From Halorhodospira halophila SL1 (GTDB taxonomy: Bacteria > Pseudomonadota > Gammaproteobacteria > Nitrococcales > Halorhodospiraceae), in assembly GCF_000015585.1 (NCBI RefSeq), contig NC_008789.1, forward strand, positions 1,050,001-1,082,000: DNA of 32,000 bases, read 5' to 3'. Within the stretch, counting starts at the first letter, position 1. Every line of letters begins with the position of its first letter. Below, in pieces: positions 18,145 to 29,348 of this stretch. Below the pieces are notes generated by a model. The model had not been told where the DNA came from, did not search any database, and worked only from the letters and a program-made list of their open reading frames with translations. A program made the translations under genes and the position numbers.

Positions 18145-19221
18145 CTACAGCAGCTCGCGCTCGCGCAGGCTGCCGCGCAGCTGCCCCGCGGCGTCCCGGA
18201 GAACCTGTTCGGTGGTCTCCCAGTCGATACAAGCATCGGTGATGGAGATGCCGTAGTCCAGGGCACCCGGATCGGCACCGAGCTTCTGACTGCCCCAACC
18301 GATGTTGCTCTCCAGCATCACCCCGACGATGGAGCGATTGCCCTCGCGGAGCTGACGGATCACGTCCTCCAGCACCATCGACTGTAGCCCGGGATCCTTG
18401 TTGGAGTTGGAGTGGCTGCAGTCGACCACCACGCGCAGCGGCATGCCGGCCTTCTCCAGCGCCTGCTCGCACAGCCGGATACTCACCGAGTCGTAGTTGG
18501 GCTGCGCCCCGCCCCGCAGCACGACGTGGCCGTACTGGTTGCCCCGGGTACGGATGACGGTGATGCGGCCCTCCTGGTCGATGCCCAGGAAACTGTGGGG
18601 GGACGCCGCCGATTGCAGGGCGTTGATCGCCACCGTCTGGCTGCCGTCAGTGGCGTTCTTGAAGCCCACCGGCGTGGACAGCCCGCTGGCCATCTCGCGG
18701 TGGGTCTGGGACTCGGTGGTACGCGCGCCGATCGCGGTCCACGAAACCAGGTCGCCGTAGTATTGCGGTGCGTAGGGGTCGAGGGCCTCAGTCGCCGTGG
18801 GCAGCCCCATGGCGGCGATCTCGCGGAGCAGCTCGCGGCCCATGCGCAGGCCCTTATCGATCCGGAAGGAGTCGTCCATGTCCGGGTCGTTGATCAGCCC
18901 CTTCCAGCCCGTGGTGGTGCGCGGTTTCTCGAAGTAAACCCGCATCACCAAGTAGATGTGATCGCTGAGCTCATCGTGCAGCGCCTTGAGCCGCCGCGCG
19001 TAGTCGAGCGCCGCCTCCGGGTCGTGGATGGAGCACGGCCCGACCACGGCGAAGATGCGCTGATCCTTGCCGTCGAGGATGTCCCGCAGGACCTGCCGCC
19101 CGTCCAGCACGGTCTGCCGGGCGGCATCCGTCAGCGGGACCTCGGACTTGATCTCGGCCGGAGACGGAAGGCGTTCACCGGTGGCCACATTGACGTCGTT
19201 GACGTGATCGCTCTCTTGCAT
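18145..19221 (-). CDS. aroG: 3-deoxy-7-phosphoheptulonate (DAHP) synthase, class I-alpha (AroF/G/H type; isozyme specificity not determinable)
   Basis: Motifs: IFAVVGPCSIHD, VMRVYFEKPRTTTGWKGLINDP, TESQTHREMASGLSTPVGFKN, VDCSHSNS. The 358-aa length is typical. Confidence 0.9.
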   Translation of the reverse strand: MQESDHVNDVNVATGERLPSPAEIKSEVPLTDAARQTVLDGRQVLRDILDGKDQRIFAVVGPCSIHDPEAALDYARRLKALHDELSDHIYLVMRVYFEKPRTTTGWKGLINDPDMDDSFRIDKGLRMGRELLREIAAMGLPTATEALDPYAPQYYGDLVSWTAIGARTTESQTHREMASGLSTPVGFKNATDGSQTVAINALQSAASPHSFLGIDQEGRITVIRTRGNQYGHVVLRGGAQPNYDSVSIRLCEQALEKAGMPLRVVVDCSHSNSNKDPGLQSMVLEDVIRQLREGNRSIVGVMLESNIGWGSQKLGADPGALDYGISITDACIDWETTEQVLRDAAGQLRGSLRERELL

Positions 19222-19274
19222 GTCGGTCTCGAGTCGCCCCGCCCGCCGGCGGGTGGTGAATGGCTAGCCGATCA

Positions 19275-19304
19275 ATAGTAATCGCGCTCGACTCAGACCA
19301 TCAA
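19275..19304 (-). promoter_or_regulatory. Candidate sigma70 promoter for the DAHP synthase gene
   Basis: On the minus strand: TTGATG (19304-19299), 18 nt, TACTAT (19280-19275). It lies in an AT-richer 89-nt gap downstream of the ClpX-like stop. Confidence 0.25.
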
Positions 19305-19310
19305 GGAGCT

Positions 19311-20564
19311 TTAGACGGCGTGCCGCACGGCGGCGCGCCATTCGTAGCCCGGCTGACCGCCCTGCACGGCGGCGGCGTCGATGGTCAGCCGCACCACATC
19401 GCCGCCAGCGGCGGGGACGGCGAACATCGGCTCGAGGAGCACCTCTTCCAGCACCGCGCGCAGGCCACGGGCCCCGGTGCCCCGCGCCCGCGCCCGGTGG
19501 GCCACCGCCTCCAGGCCGTCGGCGGTGATCTCCAGCTCGCAGCCATCGCGGGCGAACAGCACCTGGTACTGCCGGACCAAGGCGTTGCGCGGCTCGGTGA
19601 GGATGCGGATCAGGTGCTCGGTGGCTAGCGGCTGCAGGGTCTCGACCACCGGCAGGCGGCCGACCAGCTCGGGCAACAGGCCGAAGCGCTGCAAGGCGGC
19701 GGCGGCGCCCGGCACCGCCGGCTCGTCGGCGGCGGCGGTGAACCCCACCCCGGGGCGCTGCGCGGCCAAGGCCTCCAGGCCCTCGAAGGCACCACCGCAG
19801 ATGAACAGGATCTGACCCGTGTCGACGGTGACCGGACTGCCCTGGCGGCCAGCGCTGGAGACCGTGAGCCGGCGACCCTCGAGGAGCTTGAGCAGGCCCT
19901 GCTGCGCCCCCTCGCCGGCCAGGTCGGGCTCCCCGCCGATCCCGTCGCGGGCGGCCAGCTTGTCGATCTCGTCGATGTAGACGATCCCCCGGGCGGCCCG
20001 CTCCGGGTCGCCATCACAGGCCGCGAGCAGCCGCCCGATCACCGCCTCGGCGTCGTCGCCCGCGTAGCCCGAAGCGGTCAGGGTGGTGGCATCCACGGTC
20101 ACGAAGGGGACCTCGACACAGCGCGCCAGGCACTCGGCCAGGTGGCTCTTGCCGGTGCCGCTGGGGCCGACGAGCAGGATGTTGCTCTTACCCAGCTCCA
20201 CCGACTCGCCGCGGGCCGCCGCCACCAGCCGCTTATAGTGGTTGTAGACGGCGACCGAGAGCACCTTCTTGGCCTGCTCCTGCCCCACAACGTACTGGTC
20301 GAGGTAGCGTCGCAGCGAGCGCGGAACCGGCAGCGCGGCGAGGATACGTTCCTGACGATGCTGCCGATCAGCTTCCAGGGTCGCGTTGCAACTGGCGATG
20401 CAGTGCTCGCAGATGAAGGCCGCCTCACCGCCGATCAGCGGCCCGGCGATCTGCTCCTCGTACCCGCAGAACGAGCAGCGCCGCTCAGCGTCTGTAGGCA
20501 CCCCCGCGGCGCTCTCAGGGACATCCAACCAGGCCCCGGATACATCGCCACACCATCCCGGCAT
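19311..20564 (-). CDS. Divergent ClpX-like AAA+ ATPase with an N-terminal C4 zinc-binding domain (paralog, not the canonical clpX)
   Basis: ZBD CSFCG-x18-CEHC. LDQYVVGQEQAKKVLSVAVYNHYKRL, Walker A GPSGTGKS, Walker B IVYIDEIDKL and sensor-2 GARGLR are all ClpX-like. Pore-1 is GYAG (ClpX GYVG). The RKH loop is replaced by AGRQGSP. IGF is replaced by VGF. The start is uncertain: ATG 20564 (SD GGGGAG) or ATG 20591; the track start at 20750 overlaps the divergent gene. Confidence 0.8.
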   Translation of the reverse strand: MPGWCGDVSGAWLDVPESAAGVPTDAERRCSFCGYEEQIAGPLIGGEAAFICEHCIASCNATLEADRQHRQERILAALPVPRSLRRYLDQYVVGQEQAKKVLSVAVYNHYKRLVAAARGESVELGKSNILLVGPSGTGKSHLAECLARCVEVPFVTVDATTLTASGYAGDDAEAVIGRLLAACDGDPERAARGIVYIDEIDKLAARDGIGGEPDLAGEGAQQGLLKLLEGRRLTVSSAGRQGSPVTVDTGQILFICGGAFEGLEALAAQRPGVGFTAAADEPAVPGAAAALQRFGLLPELVGRLPVVETLQPLATEHLIRILTEPRNALVRQYQVLFARDGCELEITADGLEAVAHRARARGTGARGLRAVLEEVLLEPMFAVPAAGGDVVRLTIDAAAVQGGQPGYEWRAAVRHAV

Positions 20565-20652
20565 GTCACTCTCCCCGCTGCTCGTTGCCATGGGCCTCAC
20601 CCCGTTGCAACGGCCAACCAGCAACAACCTTGAGAGTGATATACTCACCACC

Positions 20653-20913
20653 ATGGACCGGAAACTACTCGACATCCTCTGCTGCCCGATCACCAAGCGC
20701 CCGCTGCAGCCGCTCTCAACGCAGGAGCTGGAGGCGCTCAACCGCCACATTGCCGATGGCCAGGCCCGTTACCTGGACGACACGGTGGTCGATACCCCGC
20801 TCGACGAGGGGCTGATCACCGACAACGGCAGCCGCATCTACCGGGTGGACGACGGCATCCCGGTGATGCTCGAAGAGCGCAGCATCCCCGGCACTGCCGC
20901 CGGGCGCGACTGA
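20653..20913 (+). CDS. Trm112-family (UPF0434/YcaR-like) small protein, 86 aa, with a central insertion and without the zinc-knuckle cysteines
   Basis: ATG 20653. The N-terminal MDRKLLDILCCP and C-terminal DDGIPVMLEE are the two signature ends of Trm112/YcaR. The usual CPxC...CxxC ligands are reduced to one CC pair. It is about 25 aa longer than E. coli YcaR and ends 25 nt before prmC. Confidence 0.7.
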   Translation: MDRKLLDILCCPITKRPLQPLSTQELEALNRHIADGQARYLDDTVVDTPLDEGLITDNGSRIYRVDDGIPVMLEERSIPGTAAGRD

Positions 20914-20938
20914 GCGGCGAGTCCCCGGCGGGAACGCG

Positions 20939-21784
20939 GTGAGCGAGGCAGGCCAGAGCATCGGCACAGCGCTGCACGAGGGCACCGAGGCGCTGCGGGC
21001 CGCGAGCGCAACGGCCCGACTGGATGCTGAACTGCTGCTCGCCGAGGTGCTCGGCGTGGGCCGCAGCCACCTGTTCGCCTTCCCGGAGCGGCCGATCCCG
21101 GCGGCGACCATCGAGGCCTATCGCGCCCTGATCGCCCGCCGGCGAACCGGTGAGCCGGTGGCCTACCTGATGCGGCGCTGCGAGTTTCGCGATCTGACCC
21201 TGAGCGTAACCCCCGCGGTCCTCGTCCCCCGCCCCGAAACCGAGCACTTGGTCGAGCAGGCGGTGGCCTGCCTGCCCGCCGGCGGCCAGGTGCTGGAGCT
21301 GGGCACCGGCAGCGGCGCCATCGCCCTGGCGGTGGCCCATGAGCGCCCCGATGCGCGGATCACCGCCACCGAACGCAGCACCGCGGCGCTGGCAGTGGCG
21401 CAGGAAAACCGACACCGCCTGGGGCTCTCCGAGGTGCACCTGACCCCGGGCGACTGGAACGAGGGCATCCCCCCGGGCCCCTTTGACGTCATCGTCAGCA
21501 ACCCACCCTACGTGCAGACCACCGCCGCCGAGTGGGGGAACGGCGCCCTGGAACACGAACCACGGGAGGCACTGGCCGCCGGCCACGACGGTCTTGCCGA
21601 CATCCGCAGCCTCGTACCGCCGGCCACCGCCGAACTGGCCCGGGGCGGCTGGCTGATCCTCGAACACGGCGCCCGACAGGGCGGGGCGGTGCGCGAACTG
21701 CTCCAGGCTGCCGGGCTGGAAGCGGTACGCACCGAGTGCGACCTGGCCGGACTGGAGCGGCTCACCCTGGGGAGGCGGCCATGA
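20939..21784 (+). CDS. prmC: Release-factor glutamine N5-methyltransferase PrmC (HemK)
   Basis: GEPVAYL, SAM motif VLELGTGSGAIALAVA, catalytic IVSNPPYV (NPPY), EHEPREAL. GTG start at 20939. The stop overlaps the moeB start (ATGA). Confidence 0.88.
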   Translation: MSEAGQSIGTALHEGTEALRAASATARLDAELLLAEVLGVGRSHLFAFPERPIPAATIEAYRALIARRRTGEPVAYLMRRCEFRDLTLSVTPAVLVPRPETEHLVEQAVACLPAGGQVLELGTGSGAIALAVAHERPDARITATERSTAALAVAQENRHRLGLSEVHLTPGDWNEGIPPGPFDVIVSNPPYVQTTAAEWGNGALEHEPREALAAGHDGLADIRSLVPPATAELARGGWLILEHGARQGGAVRELLQAAGLEAVRTECDLAGLERLTLGRRP

Positions 21785-22524
21785 ACGACGAGCAGCTCAT
21801 GCGTTACAGCCGGCAGATCATGCTGCCGGAGCTGGACATCACCGGACAGGAGCGCCTGGCCGCTAGCCGAGCGCTGATCGTCGGCGCCGGGGGGCTGGGA
21901 TCGCCCGTGGCCCTCTACCTCGGCGCGGCGGGCGTTGGAGAGCTGCGCATCGCCGACGACGACGTCGTCGACCTATCTAACCTGCAGCGCCAAATCGCCC
22001 ACCGGCAGGACGCCCTCGGCCAGCCCAAGGCCGCCTCGGCCACCCGGGCCGTCACCGCCCGTAATCCGGAGATCACCGTCACCCCCCTGGAGGAGCGCCT
22101 GGACGGCGAACGCCTGGGCGCGGAGGTGGGCGCCGCGGATGTGGTCATCGACGCCACCGACAACTTCGCCACCCGCTTCGCCCTGAACGCCGCCTGCGTA
22201 GCGGCCCACCGCCCCCTGGTCAGCGCCGCGGTGATCCGCTGGGAGCTGCAGGTGTCCGCCTTCCGGCCCGGCGGGCGCCCCTGCTACCGCTGCATCTACG
22301 CCGAGGGGGATGAGCCGCAGTTGACCTGCAGTGAGAGCGGGGTCCTGGGCCCGCTGCCCGGCGTTGCCGGGAGCCTGGAGGCGGTCGAGGCGATCAAGAT
22401 CCTCACCGGCGCCGGTACTCCTCTCTTCGGCCGCCTGCTGGTGGTCGACGCGCTACGTATGCGCCTGCGCACGCTGACAGTCAACGGCGACCCGCACTGC
22501 CCGGTCTGTGCCGAGGCCCCCTAG
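21781..22524 (+). CDS. moeB: Molybdopterin-synthase adenylyltransferase (MoeB/ThiF family)
   Basis: ATG 21781 (the track start at 21532 lies inside prmC). RYSRQIMLPELDITGQERL, the nucleotide loop VGAGGLGSPVALYLGAAGVG, DDDVVDLSNLQRQ, and two CxxC pairs (CYRC, CPVC). The prmC-moeB adjacency is as I recall for Pseudomonas. ThiF cannot be excluded. Confidence 0.75.
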   Translation: MNDEQLMRYSRQIMLPELDITGQERLAASRALIVGAGGLGSPVALYLGAAGVGELRIADDDVVDLSNLQRQIAHRQDALGQPKAASATRAVTARNPEITVTPLEERLDGERLGAEVGAADVVIDATDNFATRFALNAACVAAHRPLVSAAVIRWELQVSAFRPGGRPCYRCIYAEGDEPQLTCSESGVLGPLPGVAGSLEAVEAIKILTGAGTPLFGRLLVVDALRMRLRTLTVNGDPHCPVCAEAP

Positions 22525-22530
22525 ACCGGG

Positions 22531-23417
22531 TCAGTGGTAGCTATCACTGCCCGGGGCGGCGTTCCCGTCGCTGAGCGCCTGCGCCACGTCGACCCGGTCG
22601 TAGCTGTAGGTAGCCCCGCAGAACTGGCAGCGCACCTCGACCACCCCCTCCTCAGCGAGGACCTGCTCCACTTCCTCGCGGCCGAGGCTACGGAGGATGG
22701 AGGCGATCCGCCCTGCCGAACAACGACAGCGGAAGGCGAGCGCCCGCGGCTCGAAGACCCGCACGGTCTCCTGATGGAAAAGCCGGTGCAGGACCTCGTT
22801 GACCGGGCGCTCCAGGAGCTCGCGGTCGGTCAGCGTCTCCGCCAGGTAACCGATGCGGTCCCAGGCGTCGGGGTCGGCCTCGGTGGGCTGGGTGCCGCCG
22901 CTGGCCGGCAGCCGCTGAAGCAACAGCGCGCCGGCCCGCTGGCCGTCGCAGGCCAGGTGCAGGCGGGTGGGCAGCTGCTCGGAGTCGCGGAAGTACCCCT
23001 CCAGCGTGGCGGCCAGCCCGGCGTCGTCGAGCCCGACCACCCCCTGGTAGCGCTGCCCCTCCTCCGGCTCGATGGTGATGGCCAGGCGACCGCCGGCACA
23101 CAGCTCAGCGAGCCCGCCCCGGGTGGGCTCGCCCTGGTAACGGGCGGTACCGCGCAGGGTGCCCTCGGAGGCGTCCACCTGGACCAGCAGCATCGGCACG
23201 GCGGCCTCCTCGCCCCCCTCCACCTGGAGGCTGAGCACGCCGTCGGAGCGGATGGTGGCGCACATCACCGCCGCCGCGGCCATGGCCTCGCCGAGCAGGC
23301 GGGCCACCGCCGGCGGGTAGTCGTGGTGCTCGCGGACGGCGGCGAACGCCTGCTCCAGCTGTACAATCTCGCCGCGTACGTCGGCGTTTTCAAAGAGAAA
23401 CCGTTGACTGGCGTCGC

Positions 23418-23421
<4 letters not shown>
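22531..23421 (-). CDS. hslO: Redox-regulated chaperone Hsp33
   Basis: GTG 23421 gives [18 protein letters not shown] (E. coli: HRYLFENFAVRGE). [17 protein letters not shown] and the zinc centre CRCS...CQFCG are present. The start overlaps the gatB stop (GTGA). The track start at 23667 lies inside gatB. Confidence 0.88.
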
Positions 23422-24857
<1,436 letters not shown>

Positions 24858-24937
24858 GGGTGAGGTCGCTCCGTAGGCTTTGGGCGCGTCGGGCGGACGC
24901 GGGCGTTGGTTCCAGGGTGTCCGGGGTCGCCCCGCAT

Positions 24938-26392
24938 CTACTCGAACCCTTCGGGAACCTGCTTGTGCCAGTCCGTGACCTGCTGGTACTTGTGCCCGAC
25001 GTTGAGCAGCCGGGCCTCATCGAAGTAACCACCGATCAGCTGCAACCCCACGGGCCGCCCGCGGGAGAAACCGGCGGGCACCGACAGGCCGGGCAGACCG
25101 GCGAGGTTCACCCCGAGGGTGTAGATGTCGGAGAGGTACATCTGCACCGGGTCGTCGGCGCGCTCGCCCAGGTCGAAGGCCGGGGTCGGTGAGGTGGGGC
25201 CGGCCAGCACGTCGACCTGATCCAGGGCCTGGCGGAAGTCGTCCGCCACCAGCCGGCGAACCTGCTGCGCCTTGCGGTAGTAGGCGTCGTAGTAGCCGGC
25301 GGAGAGCGCGTAGGTACCCACCAGGATGCGGCGCTGGACCTCGTCGCCGAACCCCTCGGCGCGGCTGCGCTTGTAGAGGTCTTCCAGGTCCTGGGGATCG
25401 GCACAGCGGTGGCCGAAGCGCACGCCGTCGAAGCGCGCCAGATTGGACGAGGCCTCGGCCGGTGCGATGACGTAGTACGCCGGCAGCGCCAGCTCCATGT
25501 TGGGCAGCTGCACCTCGACCAGCTCGGCGCCCTCGCCCTCCAGGACCTGCAGCGCTGCCTCGACCCGGGAGCGGACGTCAGCATCCAGCCCCTCGCCGAA
25601 GAACTCCTTCGGCACACCGATGCGCAGACCTCTGATCGAGCGGTTGAGCGACTCGCTGTAGTCGGGCACCACGTGATCGACACTGGTCGAGTCGCGCTCG
25701 TCCAGGCCGGCCATGCCGCCGAGCAGCAGCGCCAGATCCTCGGCGGTACGGGCGAACGGACCCGCCTGATCGAGGCTCGAGGCGAAGGCCACCATGCCGT
25801 AGCGCGATACGCGGCCGTAGGTGGGCTTGAGCCCGCAGATGCCGGAGAGGGCCGCCGGCTGCCGGATGGAGCCGCCGGTGTCGGTGCCCGTAGCCGCTGG
25901 CGCCAGGCGCGCCGCCACCGCAGCGGCCGACCCGCCGGAGGAGCCGCCGGGCACCGCGTCCAGGTCCCAGGGGTTGCGCACCGGACCAAAGTAGCTGGTC
26001 TCGTTGGACGACCCCATGGCGAACTCGTCCATGTTGGCCTTGCCGAGCATCACCGCACCGGCCTCGGCCAGACGCCGCACCACGGTCGCGTCGTAGGGGG
26101 CACGAAACGGCTCAAGCATGCGCGAGCCGCAGGTGGTCGCCACGCCGTCGGTGCAGAAGATGTCCTTGTGGACCAGCGGCACGCCCGTCAGCGGGCCGGC
26201 CTCGCCGGCGCGCAGCCGGGCGTCGGCGGCGTCGGCGGCGGCCCGCGCCTGCTCGGCGGTGACGGTGATCAGGCTGTTGAGCCTGGGATCGAACTGCTCG
26301 ATGCGCTTGAGCAGGGAATCGGTGAGTTCACGACTAGAGATCTCTCCGGCGTGCAGTGCTGCGGAGATCTCGGCGACGGTCTTCTGATGCAT
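24938..26392 (-). CDS. gatA: Glu-tRNA(Gln) amidotransferase subunit A
   Basis: ATG 26392 lies 16 nt after the gatC stop (the track start at 26569 overlaps gatC). It has the amidase signature [13 protein letters not shown]...[14 protein letters not shown] and KDIFCT. 484 aa. Confidence 0.95.
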   Translation of the reverse strand: MHQKTVAEISAALHAGEISSRELTDSLLKRIEQFDPRLNSLITVTAEQARAAADAADARLRAGEAGPLTGVPLVHKDIFCTDGVATTCGSRMLEPFRAPYDATVVRRLAEAGAVMLGKANMDEFAMGSSNETSYFGPVRNPWDLDAVPGGSSGGSAAAVAARLAPAATGTDTGGSIRQPAALSGICGLKPTYGRVSRYGMVAFASSLDQAGPFARTAEDLALLLGGMAGLDERDSTSVDHVVPDYSESLNRSIRGLRIGVPKEFFGEGLDADVRSRVEAALQVLEGEGAELVEVQLPNMELALPAYYVIAPAEASSNLARFDGVRFGHRCADPQDLEDLYKRSRAEGFGDEVQRRILVGTYALSAGYYDAYYRKAQQVRRLVADDFRQALDQVDVLAGPTSPTPAFDLGERADDPVQMYLSDIYTLGVNLAGLPGLSVPAGFSRGRPVGLQLIGGYFDEARLLNVGHKYQQVTDWHKQVPEGFE

Positions 26393-26408
26393 GGGCGTTC
26401 GGCTTCCG

Positions 26409-26696
26409 TTACTCGACGACGCGGGGGACGAGGTACAGGCCGGCTTCGACGGCCGGGGCCCCGGACTGGTAGTGCTCGCGCAGATTGGGTTCGGTGACCT
26501 CGTCCGGGCGCAGCCGCTGCGTGGCATCCCACGGGTGGGCCATGGGCTCGACGCCGTCGGTATCGACATTCCCCATCTGCTCGACGAACGCCAGGATCCC
26601 GGTCAGGTCGCGGGCGTAGCCGGAGACCGCCTCCTCGTCGATCCGGATGCGTGCCAGGTGCGCAATCTGCTGCACCTCATCTGCGTCGATGGCCAT
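26409..26696 (-). CDS. gatC: Glu-tRNA(Gln) amidotransferase subunit C
   Basis: ATG 26696 follows [36 protein letters not shown]...LRPDEV is typical of GatC, and 95 aa is the typical size. Confidence 0.9.
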   Translation of the reverse strand: MAIDADEVQQIAHLARIRIDEEAVSGYARDLTGILAFVEQMGNVDTDGVEPMAHPWDATQRLRPDEVTEPNLREHYQSGAPAVEAGLYLVPRVVE

Positions 26697-26757
26697 AGAG
26701 CCTCTCTCCCCCTTAACTGGCGCGATAGCAACCGCAGAACCTACCATAGCCCCGAGC

Positions 26758-27860
<1,103 letters not shown>

Positions 27861-27888
27861 GCGGACCACCGCAGCTGCAAACCCCGGC

Positions 27889-27915
27889 GGGGCCTGCGTT
27901 AGACTGTCAGGCCCC
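27889..27915 (+). promoter_or_regulatory. Intercistronic hairpin between mreB and mreC (possible attenuator or mRNA-end structure)
   Basis: 8-bp stem GGGGCCTG (27889-27896) / CAGGCCCC (27908-27915) with an 11-nt loop. It starts 29 nt after the mreB stop. No U-tract. Confidence 0.3.
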
Positions 27916-27945
27916 GTAAGCTGATGCTGCGAGGCTCGGTGAACC

Positions 27946-28827
27946 ATTAAGCCGTTATTCACACAGGGTCCCTCGGCCACCGTGCGCCTGGTGCTGCTGG
28001 CTACGGTCTCGATCCTGCTCATGAGTCTGGACCACCGCGAGCACCTCGTCGAGCCGGTCCGCGAGACCGTCTCCGGGGTGGTGTATCCGTTGCGGTTCGT
28101 CGTCGACGCCCCCTTCTCCATCGCCGAGCGGGTCTCCGAGCGTCTGGCCACCCGCCACCAGATCATGGAGGAGAACCGCCAGCTGCGCGACCGACACCTG
28201 GAGTACCAGGAGCGCCTGCAGAGGATGCACAGCCTGGAGCGGGAGAACGAGCGCCTCCGCGATCTGCTCGGCTCCTCGGAGCGGCTGGAGACCGAGGTGG
28301 CCATCGCCCAGCTGATGCGCGTCGAGCTCGACCCCCACACCCACTTGGTGGAGATCGACCGCGGCTCCCGGCAGGGGGTCTTCGTCGGCCAGCCGGTCCT
28401 CGATGCCAACGGGGTCATGGGTCAGGTGGATCGCGTCGGGGCCCACTCGGCCAGCGTGCGGCTGATCTCCGACCCGAGCCACGCCATCCCGGTGGAGAAC
28501 AACCGCAACGGGCTACGCACGGTCGCGCTGGGCAGCGGCGACCCGCAGCGCCTGGAACTGGCCAACGTGCCGGGCAACGCGGACCTCCGCGAGGGCGACC
28601 TGCTGACGGCCTCGGGCCTGGGCGGCGCCTTCCCCCGGGGCTACCCGGTTGCCGAGGTGACCTCGGTGGAGGTCGAGGCCGGCGAGCCCTTCGCCCGGGT
28701 GACCGCCCGCCCGGCCGCCGAGCTGGATCGCAGCCGTAAGCTGCTGCTGGTCTCCGTGGCCGAGAACGCGGATGATCAGGCCGGGGACGACGAGGCGGCG
28801 GACAACGAGAGCGAGGACGCGTCTTGA
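27946..28827 (+). CDS. mreC: Rod-shape-determining protein MreC, probably initiated at a non-canonical ATT codon
   Basis: The track start is GTG 27982. The 12 in-frame codons upstream read (I)KPLFTQGPSAT, matching the conserved MreC N-terminus (E. coli MKPIFSRGPSL). An in-frame TGA at 27940-27942 leaves only ACC and ATT (27946) before the Lys codon. Coiled coil (RQLRDRHLEYQERLQRMHSLERENERLRDLL) plus beta-barrel domains. Acidic tail. Confidence 0.85.
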   Translation: MKPLFTQGPSATVRLVLLATVSILLMSLDHREHLVEPVRETVSGVVYPLRFVVDAPFSIAERVSERLATRHQIMEENRQLRDRHLEYQERLQRMHSLERENERLRDLLGSSERLETEVAIAQLMRVELDPHTHLVEIDRGSRQGVFVGQPVLDANGVMGQVDRVGAHSASVRLISDPSHAIPVENNRNGLRTVALGSGDPQRLELANVPGNADLREGDLLTASGLGGAFPRGYPVAEVTSVEVEAGEPFARVTARPAAELDRSRKLLLVSVAENADDQAGDDEAADNESEDAS

Positions 28828-29315
28828 CCGGGCATCGGCCACGCAACGGCGGCGGGATCATCCTGCTCAGCTTCATCATCGCCCTGATGCTGACCATCGT
28901 CCCCATGCCGGGCTGGGCGCAGGAGTTCCGCCCGGAGTGGACGGCGCTGATCCTGCTCTACTGGGGCCTGGCACTGCCCGAGCGGGTGGGCGTGGGCGTC
29001 GGGTGGCTGGTGGGGCTGTTCCAGGACGCCCTGCTCGGGACCCTGCTCGGGCAGCACGCCCTGGCCTTCGCCCTGATCGCCTTCCTGGCCCTGCGGCTGC
29101 ACCAGCATCTGCGCCTGGTGCCGGTCTGGCAGCAGGCGGTGGTGGTACTCGGGCTACTGGTGGTCGCCCAGCTGGTCGTCTTCTGGATCAACGGCATCAT
29201 CGGGCGGCCGGCTCCGGAGTGGCAGGCGTGGGCCGCGATCCTGGTCGGCGCTGCCATCTGGCCGTTGGTCTTTCACATCATGAGGGGGGTGCGGCGCCGC
29301 TTCCAGGTGCAGTGA
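28824..29315 (+). CDS. mreD: Rod-shape-determining protein MreD
   Basis: TTG 28824 overlaps the mreC stop (TTGA) and lies 5 nt after GAGGA. Polytopic membrane protein with RPEWTALILLYW and LVGLFQDALLGTLLGQHALAFAL, typical of MreD. Confidence 0.85.
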   Translation: MTGHRPRNGGGIILLSFIIALMLTIVPMPGWAQEFRPEWTALILLYWGLALPERVGVGVGWLVGLFQDALLGTLLGQHALAFALIAFLALRLHQHLRLVPVWQQAVVVLGLLVVAQLVVFWINGIIGRPAPEWQAWAAILVGAAIWPLVFHIMRGVRRRFQVQ

Positions 29316-29348
29316 CACCGGCAAGGGCGGCGGGCAACGAGGTAGCTG

